Positions 7,986 to 17,147 of a DNA stretch of 64,000 nt are shown piece by piece (the first letter of the stretch is position 1; the number at the start of each line of letters is the position of its first letter). Made by a program: the position numbers and the translations under genes. This DNA comes from Minisyncoccota bacterium (GTDB lineage Bacteria > Patescibacteriota > Minisyncoccia > Phycocordibacterales > UBA9973), in contig DAOQAL010000001.1 in assembly GCA_035353995.1 (NCBI GenBank), positions 308,104 to 372,103 on the forward strand, in the 5' to 3' direction. The notes beneath the pieces were generated by a model. That model was given only the letters and a program-made list of their open reading frames with translations. It was not told the origin of the DNA and made no database searches.

Positions 7986-10577
7986 ATGAAAAAATATTTT
8001 TTGATTAGCTTGGTTTCTATTTTGTTTTTATTTAGTTTAGTGTTTGTATTATCAAATACTTCTTTTGCTCAAGTAGAAAATAGCGCAGAAGGTAAAGTAA
8101 ATTTATGTCATAGGACAGGATCGCCAACGAATCCTTGGGAAGCTATAAGCATTGGTGCAGTCGACAAGGGCATTCATGTAGAACATGGTGATTTTCTTTA
8201 TGGTGGAAGTTTTGATATAAGTGACAAAGTAAATGCTGACAATTGGTGCAATGATGAATATATTCGAAAAAATCCTCCAACTCCAACAACGGTAACGATA
8301 TCAGCCACAAAAATTGTTTGTGGTAATGAATCAGATTTACCAAATTGGGGAAAGGGTGGACCTGATATAACAGTAAATACTGCAACGAATTGGTTAAAAG
8401 ATCATCAATCTTGCAAACTACAGAGTGGTTGGTCCTTCCAGTATGGAGATCAAAATGTAAATAATCCTGGTGATAGTTTTATAGGTGAAGCATCAGATGG
8501 CTGGGAAACATTTGGTCCTACAGACTCATATGGTGTTGCAAATGTAGAAGCAACTATAGAAGATGGAATGACTCGTTTTGATTTGCGTGAAGTTTTGAAA
8601 GATGGTTATATACCATTTACTTATGAAGATGCAACAGACAATTCAAATGATGTTAGTGCTGAATTTTATTGTTCAACAGATGTTTTAAATTATGATAACT
8701 ATGATTATATAACTAGTCCTGTTGCTGGAACAACTTATTATTGTGTAGGATTTAATGTTCCAAAACAATGCGATGTTGTAAGTGATACAACAAATATTGT
8801 TGAAGATGGAACAAACGCAGTAGAGACTTTAAATTATTCTCATCCAACTTGGTATGATGACACTCTTCTTGGTGGTTTAGCTAAATGGATTTGGAGCACT
8901 TTTAAAGTAGAAAATCCAACTCTTGATGAAACAAAAGTTTTTGTAAAGCAATTTAATTTAAATTCAGATCCAATTTCTGCAACTATTGAAGTGGCAGCTG
9001 ATAATGGATTTAAATTGGAAATTAATGGAGATACTATTGTTGATAATTTAACGATTGAAAATAATTATGGATCAGTAGTTTCTTATCCTGTTACGAATTT
9101 AGAATCTGGAACAAATACAATTAAAATGACTGTTAAAAACTTTGCTTTAGGTGGAGGAACTGCTGAAAGCAATCCAGCTGGTGCATTATATAAACTTCAT
9201 ATAGTAGGTGGTGATGATTGTTCTGATGTTAAACCTGTAGACGTTTGTCCAAATATAGATGGTTATCAATTTACTATTCCTGAAGGACTCTATAAAGATG
9301 ATGCAGGCAATTGTGTAAAAAGAGAAATACCACAAGTTTCAAATGTTACGATGTGTAAAAAAGATGTAGCAGGAGCTCCACTTTCTAATTGGCAATTAAT
9401 TCTTGCTGGTGAAAATGTAGGTTCTGTTGAAGTTAAACCAGATGGAACTAATTATTTAATTTCTAATGTTCCTGCTGGAAGTTATGTAGTAAAAGCTACT
9501 GGTCAATATACATATCGTCCTGGAACAGCAGGAGCAGAATATTCAGATTCTGCATATTCCAAACGTGCTCCTACTGATCCTTCATATATAGCAGCTCAGT
9601 CTAATTTATCTCAATCAATATATTTGCCATGGGTAAGAGAAAATAATTTTACTCCTCATGTTGGTTGGCTTGGAATTACAATGAATGATTTATTTACAGA
9701 TTGGGGTTCGATATTTAATTCATCACATATATATGCACTTGGCACAAATACAAGCGATGTAAGCAATATGTCATTTAAAATTTTAGATGACGTATATGGT
9801 GATAATTCTGGTCATATAGATGTTGATGTAAATCATGGTTTTACTGGAATGACAGGAACGGATGGTTGTATAACATTTACAAATGTTCCCTACGGTACAT
9901 ATACAGCTGATGAAATTATAAAAGATGCATGGACTTATGTTTCTGGTCGTGGCGAAGTTGTTGTTGATGAACCAACAGAAAATTTCACAATAGTAAATCA
10001 ATTAACTAATAGCTCAACACCAATTAATGGAGGATGGAGTGAATGGAGTGAAAAAGATACTGCTTGTGGAGTTTCAGGAATTCAAACTCGTACTTGTACA
10101 AATCCTACCCCAGCTAATGGTGGAGCAGATTGTAGTGGTCTTGATGGTGGTAATTCGTCAAAAGAATATACGAACGAAGCTTGTTCACAACCAACTAGAC
10201 ATAACACTAGTGGTAGTATTGTGAATTTTTCACAAGGACGAGTTCTTGGTGAAAGTACAGAAAGTTCATGTGGAATTTACTTGAATAGTTTTATTAAGCT
10301 TGGTCAAAAAAATGATGTATCTGAAGTAAAAAAGCTACAAGAATTTCTTAATGAATATTTAGGAATTAATCTTGTTGTTGATGGTATTTATGGATTGACT
10401 ACTTTTAATGCTGTTAAAGATTTTCAAGTTAAATATGCAAATGAAGTCTTAGCTCCATGGGTTCCACAATTAAAAGATATTTCAGTAGGAACTGGTTATG
10501 TCTATAAAACAACAAAGAGATGGATCAACTTACTCAAATGTCCAGAACTAGAAATACCAATGCCAGTTCTTGATTAA
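7986..10577 (+). CDS. Secreted multidomain surface protein with thrombospondin type-1 repeat and C-terminal peptidoglycan-binding domain
   Basis: Signal peptide; LCHxxG...HxxHGD module; AADN lectin-like region; INGGWSEWS...RTCTNPTPANGGADC (TSP1); VKKLQEFLN...DGIYGLTTFNAVKDFQ (PG-binding). Confidence 0.8.
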   Translation: MKKYFLISLVSILFLFSLVFVLSNTSFAQVENSAEGKVNLCHRTGSPTNPWEAISIGAVDKGIHVEHGDFLYGGSFDISDKVNADNWCNDEYIRKNPPTPTTVTISATKIVCGNESDLPNWGKGGPDITVNTATNWLKDHQSCKLQSGWSFQYGDQNVNNPGDSFIGEASDGWETFGPTDSYGVANVEATIEDGMTRFDLREVLKDGYIPFTYEDATDNSNDVSAEFYCSTDVLNYDNYDYITSPVAGTTYYCVGFNVPKQCDVVSDTTNIVEDGTNAVETLNYSHPTWYDDTLLGGLAKWIWSTFKVENPTLDETKVFVKQFNLNSDPISATIEVAADNGFKLEINGDTIVDNLTIENNYGSVVSYPVTNLESGTNTIKMTVKNFALGGGTAESNPAGALYKLHIVGGDDCSDVKPVDVCPNIDGYQFTIPEGLYKDDAGNCVKREIPQVSNVTMCKKDVAGAPLSNWQLILAGENVGSVEVKPDGTNYLISNVPAGSYVVKATGQYTYRPGTAGAEYSDSAYSKRAPTDPSYIAAQSNLSQSIYLPWVRENNFTPHVGWLGITMNDLFTDWGSIFNSSHIYALGTNTSDVSNMSFKILDDVYGDNSGHIDVDVNHGFTGMTGTDGCITFTNVPYGTYTADEIIKDAWTYVSGRGEVVVDEPTENFTIVNQLTNSSTPINGGWSEWSEKDTACGVSGIQTRTCTNPTPANGGADCSGLDGGNSSKEYTNEACSQPTRHNTSGSIVNFSQGRVLGESTESSCGIYLNSFIKLGQKNDVSEVKKLQEFLNEYLGINLVVDGIYGLTTFNAVKDFQVKYANEVLAPWVPQLKDISVGTGYVYKTTKRWINLLKCPELEIPMPVLD

Positions 10578-10604
10578 ACCCTTAATTTAAGCCTAAAAAC
10601 TTAC

Positions 10605-10637
10605 AAAAAACTATGTCTTTACAGATGTAGTTTTTTT
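10605..10637 (+). terminator. Intrinsic terminator
   Basis: AAAAAACTATGTCT-TTAC-AGATGTAGTTTTTTT hairpin with T-tract after 10577. Confidence 0.6.
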
Positions 10638-10652
10638 GTGTATAATATAAAT

Positions 10653-11660
10653 ATGATTTCTTGGTTAAGAAAATATTTTATTCCGCATGAAGAGAATAGT
10701 CATCGTCCACATTTTTTGCGAAATTATAATATTCGCATGATTCTTGTGATAATTCTTTTTCTAGAAATATTTTCTTTTCTTATACCAACATTAAACTACG
10801 TTAGTCGTTTTGCTTCCGAAAATATGGCAGCTGTTTTACCTGGAGTTCTTTCGTCTTTAACAAATGAAGAAAGACAAGCAGAAAAACTTCCAACTTTGGC
10901 AACAAATGATTTGTTAACAAAAGCAGCAGAAATGAAAGCACAAGACATGGCTACAAATGGATATTTTGCGCACACTAGTCCAGATGGAAAAAGTCCATGG
11001 TATTGGTTTCATCAAGTTGAATATAATTATAAATATGCTGGAGAAAATTTAGCAATAAATTTTACCGACTCAAAAGATGTTACGAATGCTTGGATGGCTA
11101 GTCCTACACATCGCGAAAATATTATGAAGGGAAAATATACAGAAATAGGAACTGGAATTGCAACCGGTATTTTTGAAGGTAGACAAACTATATTTGTAGC
11201 TCAACTATACGGCAGTCAAATTGAAGAAAAACCCATTGTAAAAAATGAAGAACAAAATACTATTGTAAAAAAAGAAAAGCCAGTTGTTACAGAAACAAAA
11301 ACATTTCCGAAAGTTTTAGGAACTGAAACTACAGAAGAAGAAAATACTAAATTAGCAACAGAAGTAAAAGAAGAAACAGTAAAATCTGTCGTTACAGAAG
11401 AAGAGCCAACATTTATGCAAAAGCTACTTACTTCACCACACAATACGACAAATATAATTTTAATTGTTGTTTTTGGAATAGTGCTTCTTTCTTTATTGTT
11501 AAATATTTTTATAAAGATAAAACATCATCATCCTGATTTAGTAACAAATGGTTTATTGATTCTTGTCATTATTGGTGCTTTCTTTGTTGCAAATAATTTT
11601 CTTAGTAAAAATAGAATGGTTATTTTGGACACTTTTAATTTCTCAAGCGAACAACAATAA
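10653..11660 (+). CDS. CAP (SCP/PR-1) domain membrane protein
   Basis: KAQDM...YFAHTSPDG, AGENLA, AWMASPTHRENI; N- and C-terminal TM; ATG 10653 preferred over GTG 10638 (6 nt after TATAAT). Confidence 0.88.
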   Translation: MISWLRKYFIPHEENSHRPHFLRNYNIRMILVIILFLEIFSFLIPTLNYVSRFASENMAAVLPGVLSSLTNEERQAEKLPTLATNDLLTKAAEMKAQDMATNGYFAHTSPDGKSPWYWFHQVEYNYKYAGENLAINFTDSKDVTNAWMASPTHRENIMKGKYTEIGTGIATGIFEGRQTIFVAQLYGSQIEEKPIVKNEEQNTIVKKEKPVVTETKTFPKVLGTETTEEENTKLATEVKEETVKSVVTEEEPTFMQKLLTSPHNTTNIILIVVFGIVLLSLLLNIFIKIKHHHPDLVTNGLLILVIIGAFFVANNFLSKNRMVILDTFNFSSEQQ

Positions 11661-11699
11661 ATTGTTTGAGAAAATCTTTAATTCTGCTATATTTTATTT

Positions 11700-12686
11700 A
11701 TGTTAAGCATAGGAATAGTTGGCTTGCCAAATGTTGGAAAATCTACGCTATTTAACGCACTTACTAGAAAAGGAGTGCCTGCGGAAAATTATCCATTTTG
11801 TACAATTGATCCATCAGTTGGTATTGTTCCTGTTCCTGATGAAAGAATTTGGAAATTGTCAGAGTTTTCAAAATCTGAAAAAACTATACCAGCAGTTATT
11901 GAATTTGTTGATATCGCTGGACTTGTTGCTGGTGCGTCAAAAGGTGAAGGTTTAGGAAATAAATTTTTATCTAATATTCGTGAAGTTGATGCAATAGCAC
12001 ACATTGTTAGAACCTTTCAAGATAATTCTGTAATTCATGTTGCGAATAAAATTGATCCGTTAAAAGATGTTGAAGTTATAAATTTAGAACTTATTTTGTC
12101 TGACATGGAAGTTGTTTCAAAAAGAATTGCTAGCTTGGGAAAAGATTTAAAAAAGGGTGATAAGGAAGCTATTGCAGAAGAAATTATTTTGAAAAAACTT
12201 GAGAAAGTTTTAGAGGAAGGAAAAATGGCAATTGAAACAAAATTAAATGACGAAGAAAAATTTAAAATAAAATCTTTAAATTTACTTACTTTGAAACCTA
12301 TGCTTTATGTTCTTAATACTTCTGAAGCAAGTGAAAATGTTGAAATAAAATTACCTGGTATTTCTGTAAAAGTTGACCCTGTTTTTGAAAAAGGTTTTGA
12401 AGATTTAATTAAAAAAAGTTATGAATTGTTAGGCTTGGAAACTTTTTTAACAACTGGAGAAGATGAAACTCGTGCTTGGACTATAAAAAAGAATTCTACT
12501 GCACCAGTTGCTGGAATGGCTATTCATACTGATTTTAAAGATAAATTTATTCGTGCCGATGTGATTAATTGGAAAGATTTATTAGATTCTGGAAGTTATG
12601 CAAATGCTCGTGCAAAAGGTTTGGTTAGGACAGAAGGAAAAGAATATATAGTTCAGGACGGAGACGTAATAGAATTTAAAATATAA
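11700..12686 (+). CDS. ychF: Ribosome-binding ATPase YchF
   Basis: GIVGLPNVGKST, NYPFCTIDP, DIAGLV, TGS tail EGKEYIVQDGD. Confidence 0.96.
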   Translation: MLSIGIVGLPNVGKSTLFNALTRKGVPAENYPFCTIDPSVGIVPVPDERIWKLSEFSKSEKTIPAVIEFVDIAGLVAGASKGEGLGNKFLSNIREVDAIAHIVRTFQDNSVIHVANKIDPLKDVEVINLELILSDMEVVSKRIASLGKDLKKGDKEAIAEEIILKKLEKVLEEGKMAIETKLNDEEKFKIKSLNLLTLKPMLYVLNTSEASENVEIKLPGISVKVDPVFEKGFEDLIKKSYELLGLETFLTTGEDETRAWTIKKNSTAPVAGMAIHTDFKDKFIRADVINWKDLLDSGSYANARAKGLVRTEGKEYIVQDGDVIEFKI

Positions 12687-12726
12687 AAATTCTACAAAAA
12701 ATTTGAATTTTATTATGAAGAGCAAT

Positions 12727-13239
12727 ATGCAGAACAATAATATTATAAAAATCTTAAAATCAGACGGAATTGGGATTCTGCCGACTGACACTTTATATGG
12801 TTTGGTTGGAAGTGCTTTTTCGAAGAAAGCTATAAAGAGAATTTATGCTGTTAAAAATAGAGATAAAAATAAGAAGTTAATAGTTTTGATTTCTAGTTTG
12901 AAAGATTTAGCAAAATTTAAAATAAATATAAATAAAAAACAAGAAGAAGTTTTGAAAAAGTTTTGGCCTGGTAAAGTAAGTGTTGTGTTAAATAATATTG
13001 CTTTTAGATTACCAAAAAATAAAAACTTGATAGAAATTTTAAAAAAGACTGGACCATTAGTTGCCCCATCTGCCAATAAAGAAGGAATGAAGCCAGCTAA
13101 AAATATTAAAGAAGCGAAAAAATATTTTAGTGATGAAGTGGACTTTTATTTTGCTGGAGGAAATTTAAAATCAGAACCATCAACTTTAATAAAAATTAAT
13201 AAAATGGGTGAAATTAAGGTTCTTCGTGGTAAACTATAA
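12727..13239 (+). CDS. tsaC: Threonylcarbamoyl-AMP synthase (YrdC/TsaC, short form)
   Basis: PTDTLYGL, KNR, FWPG, APSAN, PST; exact start uncertain (12703/12715/12727). Confidence 0.88.
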   Translation: MQNNNIIKILKSDGIGILPTDTLYGLVGSAFSKKAIKRIYAVKNRDKNKKLIVLISSLKDLAKFKININKKQEEVLKKFWPGKVSVVLNNIAFRLPKNKNLIEILKKTGPLVAPSANKEGMKPAKNIKEAKKYFSDEVDFYFAGGNLKSEPSTLIKINKMGEIKVLRGKL

Positions 13240-13241
13240 TT

Positions 13242-14129
13242 ATGGAAGACAATATAAAAATATTTTATTCAAAAGAAAAATTTGATTATGAACTTTTAGA
13301 TACTGGGGAAGGTCAAAAACTAGAAAAAGTTGGTAAATATATTTTTGCTAGACCATTTGAAGATGCTATTTGGAAAAAATCTCAAGATAAAAAATGGCGT
13401 GAAATTGATGGAGAATTTATTTCTTCAAAAAAGGGAGAAAAAGCTGGTTGGAAAATAAAAAATAATATAGAAAAAAAATGGATTGTATCTTACAATGGAA
13501 TTCAATTTTCTGTTATGCCAACTCCATTTAGGCATTTTGGTTTTTTCCCAGAGCAAGCATCTCATTGGGATTTTATAGAAGAAAAAATATCTCATGCAAA
13601 ACAACCAATAAGATTTTTAAATCTTTTTGGTTATACAGGCGTAGCGAGTTTATTTGCACTTCGATCTGGGGCTGAAGTGACGCATGTTGATGCTTCAAAA
13701 CAAAGTATTGCTTGGGCAAAAGAAAACCAGACAATTTCTGGTTTGGAAAAAATGCCAATGAGAATAATTTGTGATGATGTACTAAAATTTTTGGAGAGGG
13801 AAGCAAAAAGAGGAAATAAATATGATTGTGTAATAATGGATCCTCCTAAATTTGGTAGAGGACCAAAAGGTGAAGTTTGGAAACTTGAGGAAATGTTGCC
13901 AAAACTTTTAAATAGTGTAAAAAAAGTTTTAAGCGATAAACCACTTTTTGTAATTTTAACTTCCTATGCTGTAGATTCTTCTTCTGTATCATTAGGTTAT
14001 GCATTGCAAGAAATTATGAAAAATTATTCTGGTAGTTTAGAAAGAGGTGAGCTTTGCGTATTAGAAAAATCAAACAATCGTTTTATTTCTTTAGCAAATA
14101 CTGCAGTTTGGAAATCATTTGAAAAATAA
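13242..14129 (+). CDS. Class I SAM-dependent methyltransferase (RlmI/RlmK-like)
   Basis: GFFPEQ, LNLFGYTG, HVDAS, MDPPKF. Confidence 0.85.
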   Translation: MEDNIKIFYSKEKFDYELLDTGEGQKLEKVGKYIFARPFEDAIWKKSQDKKWREIDGEFISSKKGEKAGWKIKNNIEKKWIVSYNGIQFSVMPTPFRHFGFFPEQASHWDFIEEKISHAKQPIRFLNLFGYTGVASLFALRSGAEVTHVDASKQSIAWAKENQTISGLEKMPMRIICDDVLKFLEREAKRGNKYDCVIMDPPKFGRGPKGEVWKLEEMLPKLLNSVKKVLSDKPLFVILTSYAVDSSSVSLGYALQEIMKNYSGSLERGELCVLEKSNNRFISLANTAVWKSFEK

Positions 14130-14170
14130 TGATTTTTTGCTAGAATACAGAAATCTTAATAATTAGAAAA

Positions 14171-17056
14171 ATGAAAGAATATAACCACAAAAAAATTGAA
14201 TTAAAAGTTCAAAAAGAATGGGAAAAGAAAAAAAGTTTTCAAGCTAAAGAAAAAAAAAGCAAAAAATTTTATGGCTTGATTGAGTTTCCATACCCATCTG
14301 GTGATGGACTTCATGTAGGACATCCTAGACCTTATATTGGTATGGATGTAATTTCAAGAAAAAAAAGAATGGAAGGATATAATGTTCTTTTTCCGATTGG
14401 CTGGGATGCATTCGGTTTGCCAACAGAAAATTATGCTATTAAAACTGGTATTCATCCAAAAATAGTTACTAAAAAAAATACTGATAATTTTCGAAGACAA
14501 ATAAAAATGTTGGGAATTTCTTTTGATTGGTCACGAGAAATAAATACTACAGATCCTTCTTATTATAAATGGACTCAATGGTTGTTTTTACAATTTTTTA
14601 AAAAAGGACTTGCATATAAAAATAAAAGTGAAATTAATTGGTGTCCAAAAGATAAAATTGGTTTAGCAAATGAAGAAGTTGTAGATGGAAGATGTGAACG
14701 TTGTGGAACGTTGACTGAGAAAAAAGAAAAAGAACAATGGATGCTTGCTATAACAAAATATGCAGACAGGTTAGATAAAGATTTAGATTTAGTTGATTAT
14801 CCTGAACGTGTAAAATTATCACAAAAAAACTGGATAGGGAAATCAGAGGGAAGTGAAATAGAATTTTCAATTAAAAACTCAACTGAAAAAATAAAAGTAT
14901 TCACGACTCGCGCAGATACATTGTTTGGTGTAACTTATGTTGTCCTTGCACCAGAACATCCCCTCTTGTCAAAGACCGTCTTTGACAGATTAGGAAATAA
15001 GAAAGAGGTTGAAGAGTATATTAAAAAAGTAAAAAATAAATCAGATTTAGAAAGAACAGAAAATAAAGAAAAAAGCGGAGTAGAATTAAAAGGTATAAAA
15101 GCTATTAATCCTGCCAATGGTGAAGAGATTTCAGTTTGGGTTGCTGATTATGTTTTGTCTCAATATGGAACCGGTGCGGTTATGGCAGTACCAGCACACG
15201 ACGAAAGAGATTTTGAATTTGCAAAAAAATATGGTTTGGAAATAAAACAAGTAATAATGAGTTGCGAAAATGATACTAAAAATCCTCCTCGTGATGGATT
15301 TGAAGAAGTGAAAAGAGACACTATAATTGTTTTTTTAAAAAATAAAGAAACTGAGAAGTATGCCTTACTTAATTGGCATAATAGTCTTGAAGGAATAACA
15401 ACGGCTATAATGGGAGGAATAGAAATTGGACAAACTCCTGAGCAAGCAGTTTTGACAGAAATCCAAGAAGAAGCATCTTTAACTGGAATAAAAATAACAA
15501 AAAAACTTAGATGGATTACAGCTGCGAAATATTGTGCTTCTCATAAAAATCAAAATCGTTGCGCTATTTCGCATGTTTATTTAGCAGAAATTGATAACAT
15601 AAAAAATCAAGGCGAGATAGAGGAATATGAAAAAAATACACATACATTAATTTGGGTAGATAAAAAAGAAGTTTTAAATAAATTAACGCCAAATCATCAG
15701 AAATTTATTTGGGAACAATTATTTAATGAAACAGCTTTGGTTGATGATGGAATTTTAATGAATTCGGGAAAATTTAATGGTATGGATTCTGAAGAAGTTA
15801 GAGCAAAAATTACAGAATTTGTTGGAGGAAAAATTGTTACTAAATTTAAATTGCGTGATTGGGTTTTTTCACGTCAACGATATTGGGGTGAACCTATACC
15901 AATTGTGAATTGCCCAAAATGTGGTTTAGTTCCTTTGAAAGAAAAAGATTTGCCATTAAAATTACCTGATGTAAAAAGTTATAAACCAACAAATACTGGA
16001 GAATCTCCACTTGCTGGAATTTCAAAATGGGTAAATACAAAATGTCCTAAGTGTAAAGGAAAAGCAAAAAGAGAAACTGACACAATGCCAAACTGGGCTG
16101 GAAGTTCATGGTATTATTTGCGTTACACTGATCCAAAAAATAAAAATAAATTTGCCGATATGAAAAAATTAAAATATTGGCTTGGCAAAAATCCTAAGCA
16201 TGGAGGAGTAGATTGGTATAACGGAGGAATGGAGCATACAACATTGCATCTTTTGTATTCTCGTTTTTGGCATAAATTTTTGTATGATTTAAAATTAGTT
16301 CCAACTGCAGAACCGTATGCAAAGAGAACCAGCCATGGAATGATTTTAGGTGCTGGTGGTGTGAAGATGTCAAAGTCTCTTGGTAATGTTGTGAACCCAG
16401 ATCAGATTGTAAAAACTTATGGTGCAGATACGTTAAGAGTTTATGAAATGTTTATGGGTCCATTTGAAGATGCTGCTGTTTGGAATACAGAAAGTATTAT
16501 TGGTTCAAGAAGATTTATAGAAAAAGTTTGGAGGATTGGAGAAAAAATAAAATCTTCTAGCTCTCACACTACTGAGAGAAAAAAGAATTCTTCTAATTCT
16601 ATTGTTAAACTTCTACACAAGACGATTAAAAAAGTTTCTGAAGATATTGAAGCAATGCGTTTCAATACAGCAATTTCATCTATGATGATTTTGACAACAG
16701 AGATGGAAAAAGCAGAATCAGTTTCAAAAGATGACTATAAAAAGTTTTTACAAATACTTTCTCCTTTTGCACCACACATTGCAGAAGAAATTTGGAATTC
16801 ATTTGGAGAAAAAAAGAGTATTAATTATTCAAAATGGCCATCTTGGGATGAAAATTTAATAAAAGATGAAGAAATAAAAATTATAATTCAAGTAAATGGA
16901 AAAGTTAGAGCAGAAATTATGATTTCTGCAGACGAAAATGAAGAAAATATCAAAAAAAATGCAACAATGCATCCTTCAGTACAAAAATTTATCGAAAATA
17001 GGGAAATCAAGAGGATAATTTACGTAAAAAACAAACTTGTAAACTTAGTAATTTAA
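14171..17056 (+). CDS. leuS: Leucine--tRNA ligase with an inserted Nudix-like domain
   Basis: FPYPSG..LHVGH, FTTRADT, GTGAVMAVPAHDERD, RDWVFSRQRYWG, KMSKS. Confidence 0.96.
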   Translation: MKEYNHKKIELKVQKEWEKKKSFQAKEKKSKKFYGLIEFPYPSGDGLHVGHPRPYIGMDVISRKKRMEGYNVLFPIGWDAFGLPTENYAIKTGIHPKIVTKKNTDNFRRQIKMLGISFDWSREINTTDPSYYKWTQWLFLQFFKKGLAYKNKSEINWCPKDKIGLANEEVVDGRCERCGTLTEKKEKEQWMLAITKYADRLDKDLDLVDYPERVKLSQKNWIGKSEGSEIEFSIKNSTEKIKVFTTRADTLFGVTYVVLAPEHPLLSKTVFDRLGNKKEVEEYIKKVKNKSDLERTENKEKSGVELKGIKAINPANGEEISVWVADYVLSQYGTGAVMAVPAHDERDFEFAKKYGLEIKQVIMSCENDTKNPPRDGFEEVKRDTIIVFLKNKETEKYALLNWHNSLEGITTAIMGGIEIGQTPEQAVLTEIQEEASLTGIKITKKLRWITAAKYCASHKNQNRCAISHVYLAEIDNIKNQGEIEEYEKNTHTLIWVDKKEVLNKLTPNHQKFIWEQLFNETALVDDGILMNSGKFNGMDSEEVRAKITEFVGGKIVTKFKLRDWVFSRQRYWGEPIPIVNCPKCGLVPLKEKDLPLKLPDVKSYKPTNTGESPLAGISKWVNTKCPKCKGKAKRETDTMPNWAGSSWYYLRYTDPKNKNKFADMKKLKYWLGKNPKHGGVDWYNGGMEHTTLHLLYSRFWHKFLYDLKLVPTAEPYAKRTSHGMILGAGGVKMSKSLGNVVNPDQIVKTYGADTLRVYEMFMGPFEDAAVWNTESIIGSRRFIEKVWRIGEKIKSSSSHTTERKKNSSNSIVKLLHKTIKKVSEDIEAMRFNTAISSMMILTTEMEKAESVSKDDYKKFLQILSPFAPHIAEEIWNSFGEKKSINYSKWPSWDENLIKDEEIKIIIQVNGKVRAEIMISADENEENIKKNATMHPSVQKFIENREIKRIIYVKNKLVNLVI
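14967..14987. repeat. 21-nt palindrome inside leuS (TGTCAAAGAC-C-GTCTTTGACA)
   Basis: Perfect 10-bp inverted arms, encoding SKTVFD in a CP1 loop. Confidence 0.6.
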
Positions 17057-17071
17057 TTACTTTAAAAAAAT

Positions 17072-17104
17072 AAAAAGATATCCACAATAAGTGGGTGTTT
17101 TTTT
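17072..17104 (+). terminator. Intrinsic terminator after leuS
   Basis: AAAAAGATATCCAC-AATAA-GTGGGTGTTTTTT. Confidence 0.55.
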
Positions 17105-17147
17105 AAATTTTAGTCATGCTTTTTATGATATAATTATGGTGTGAGTT

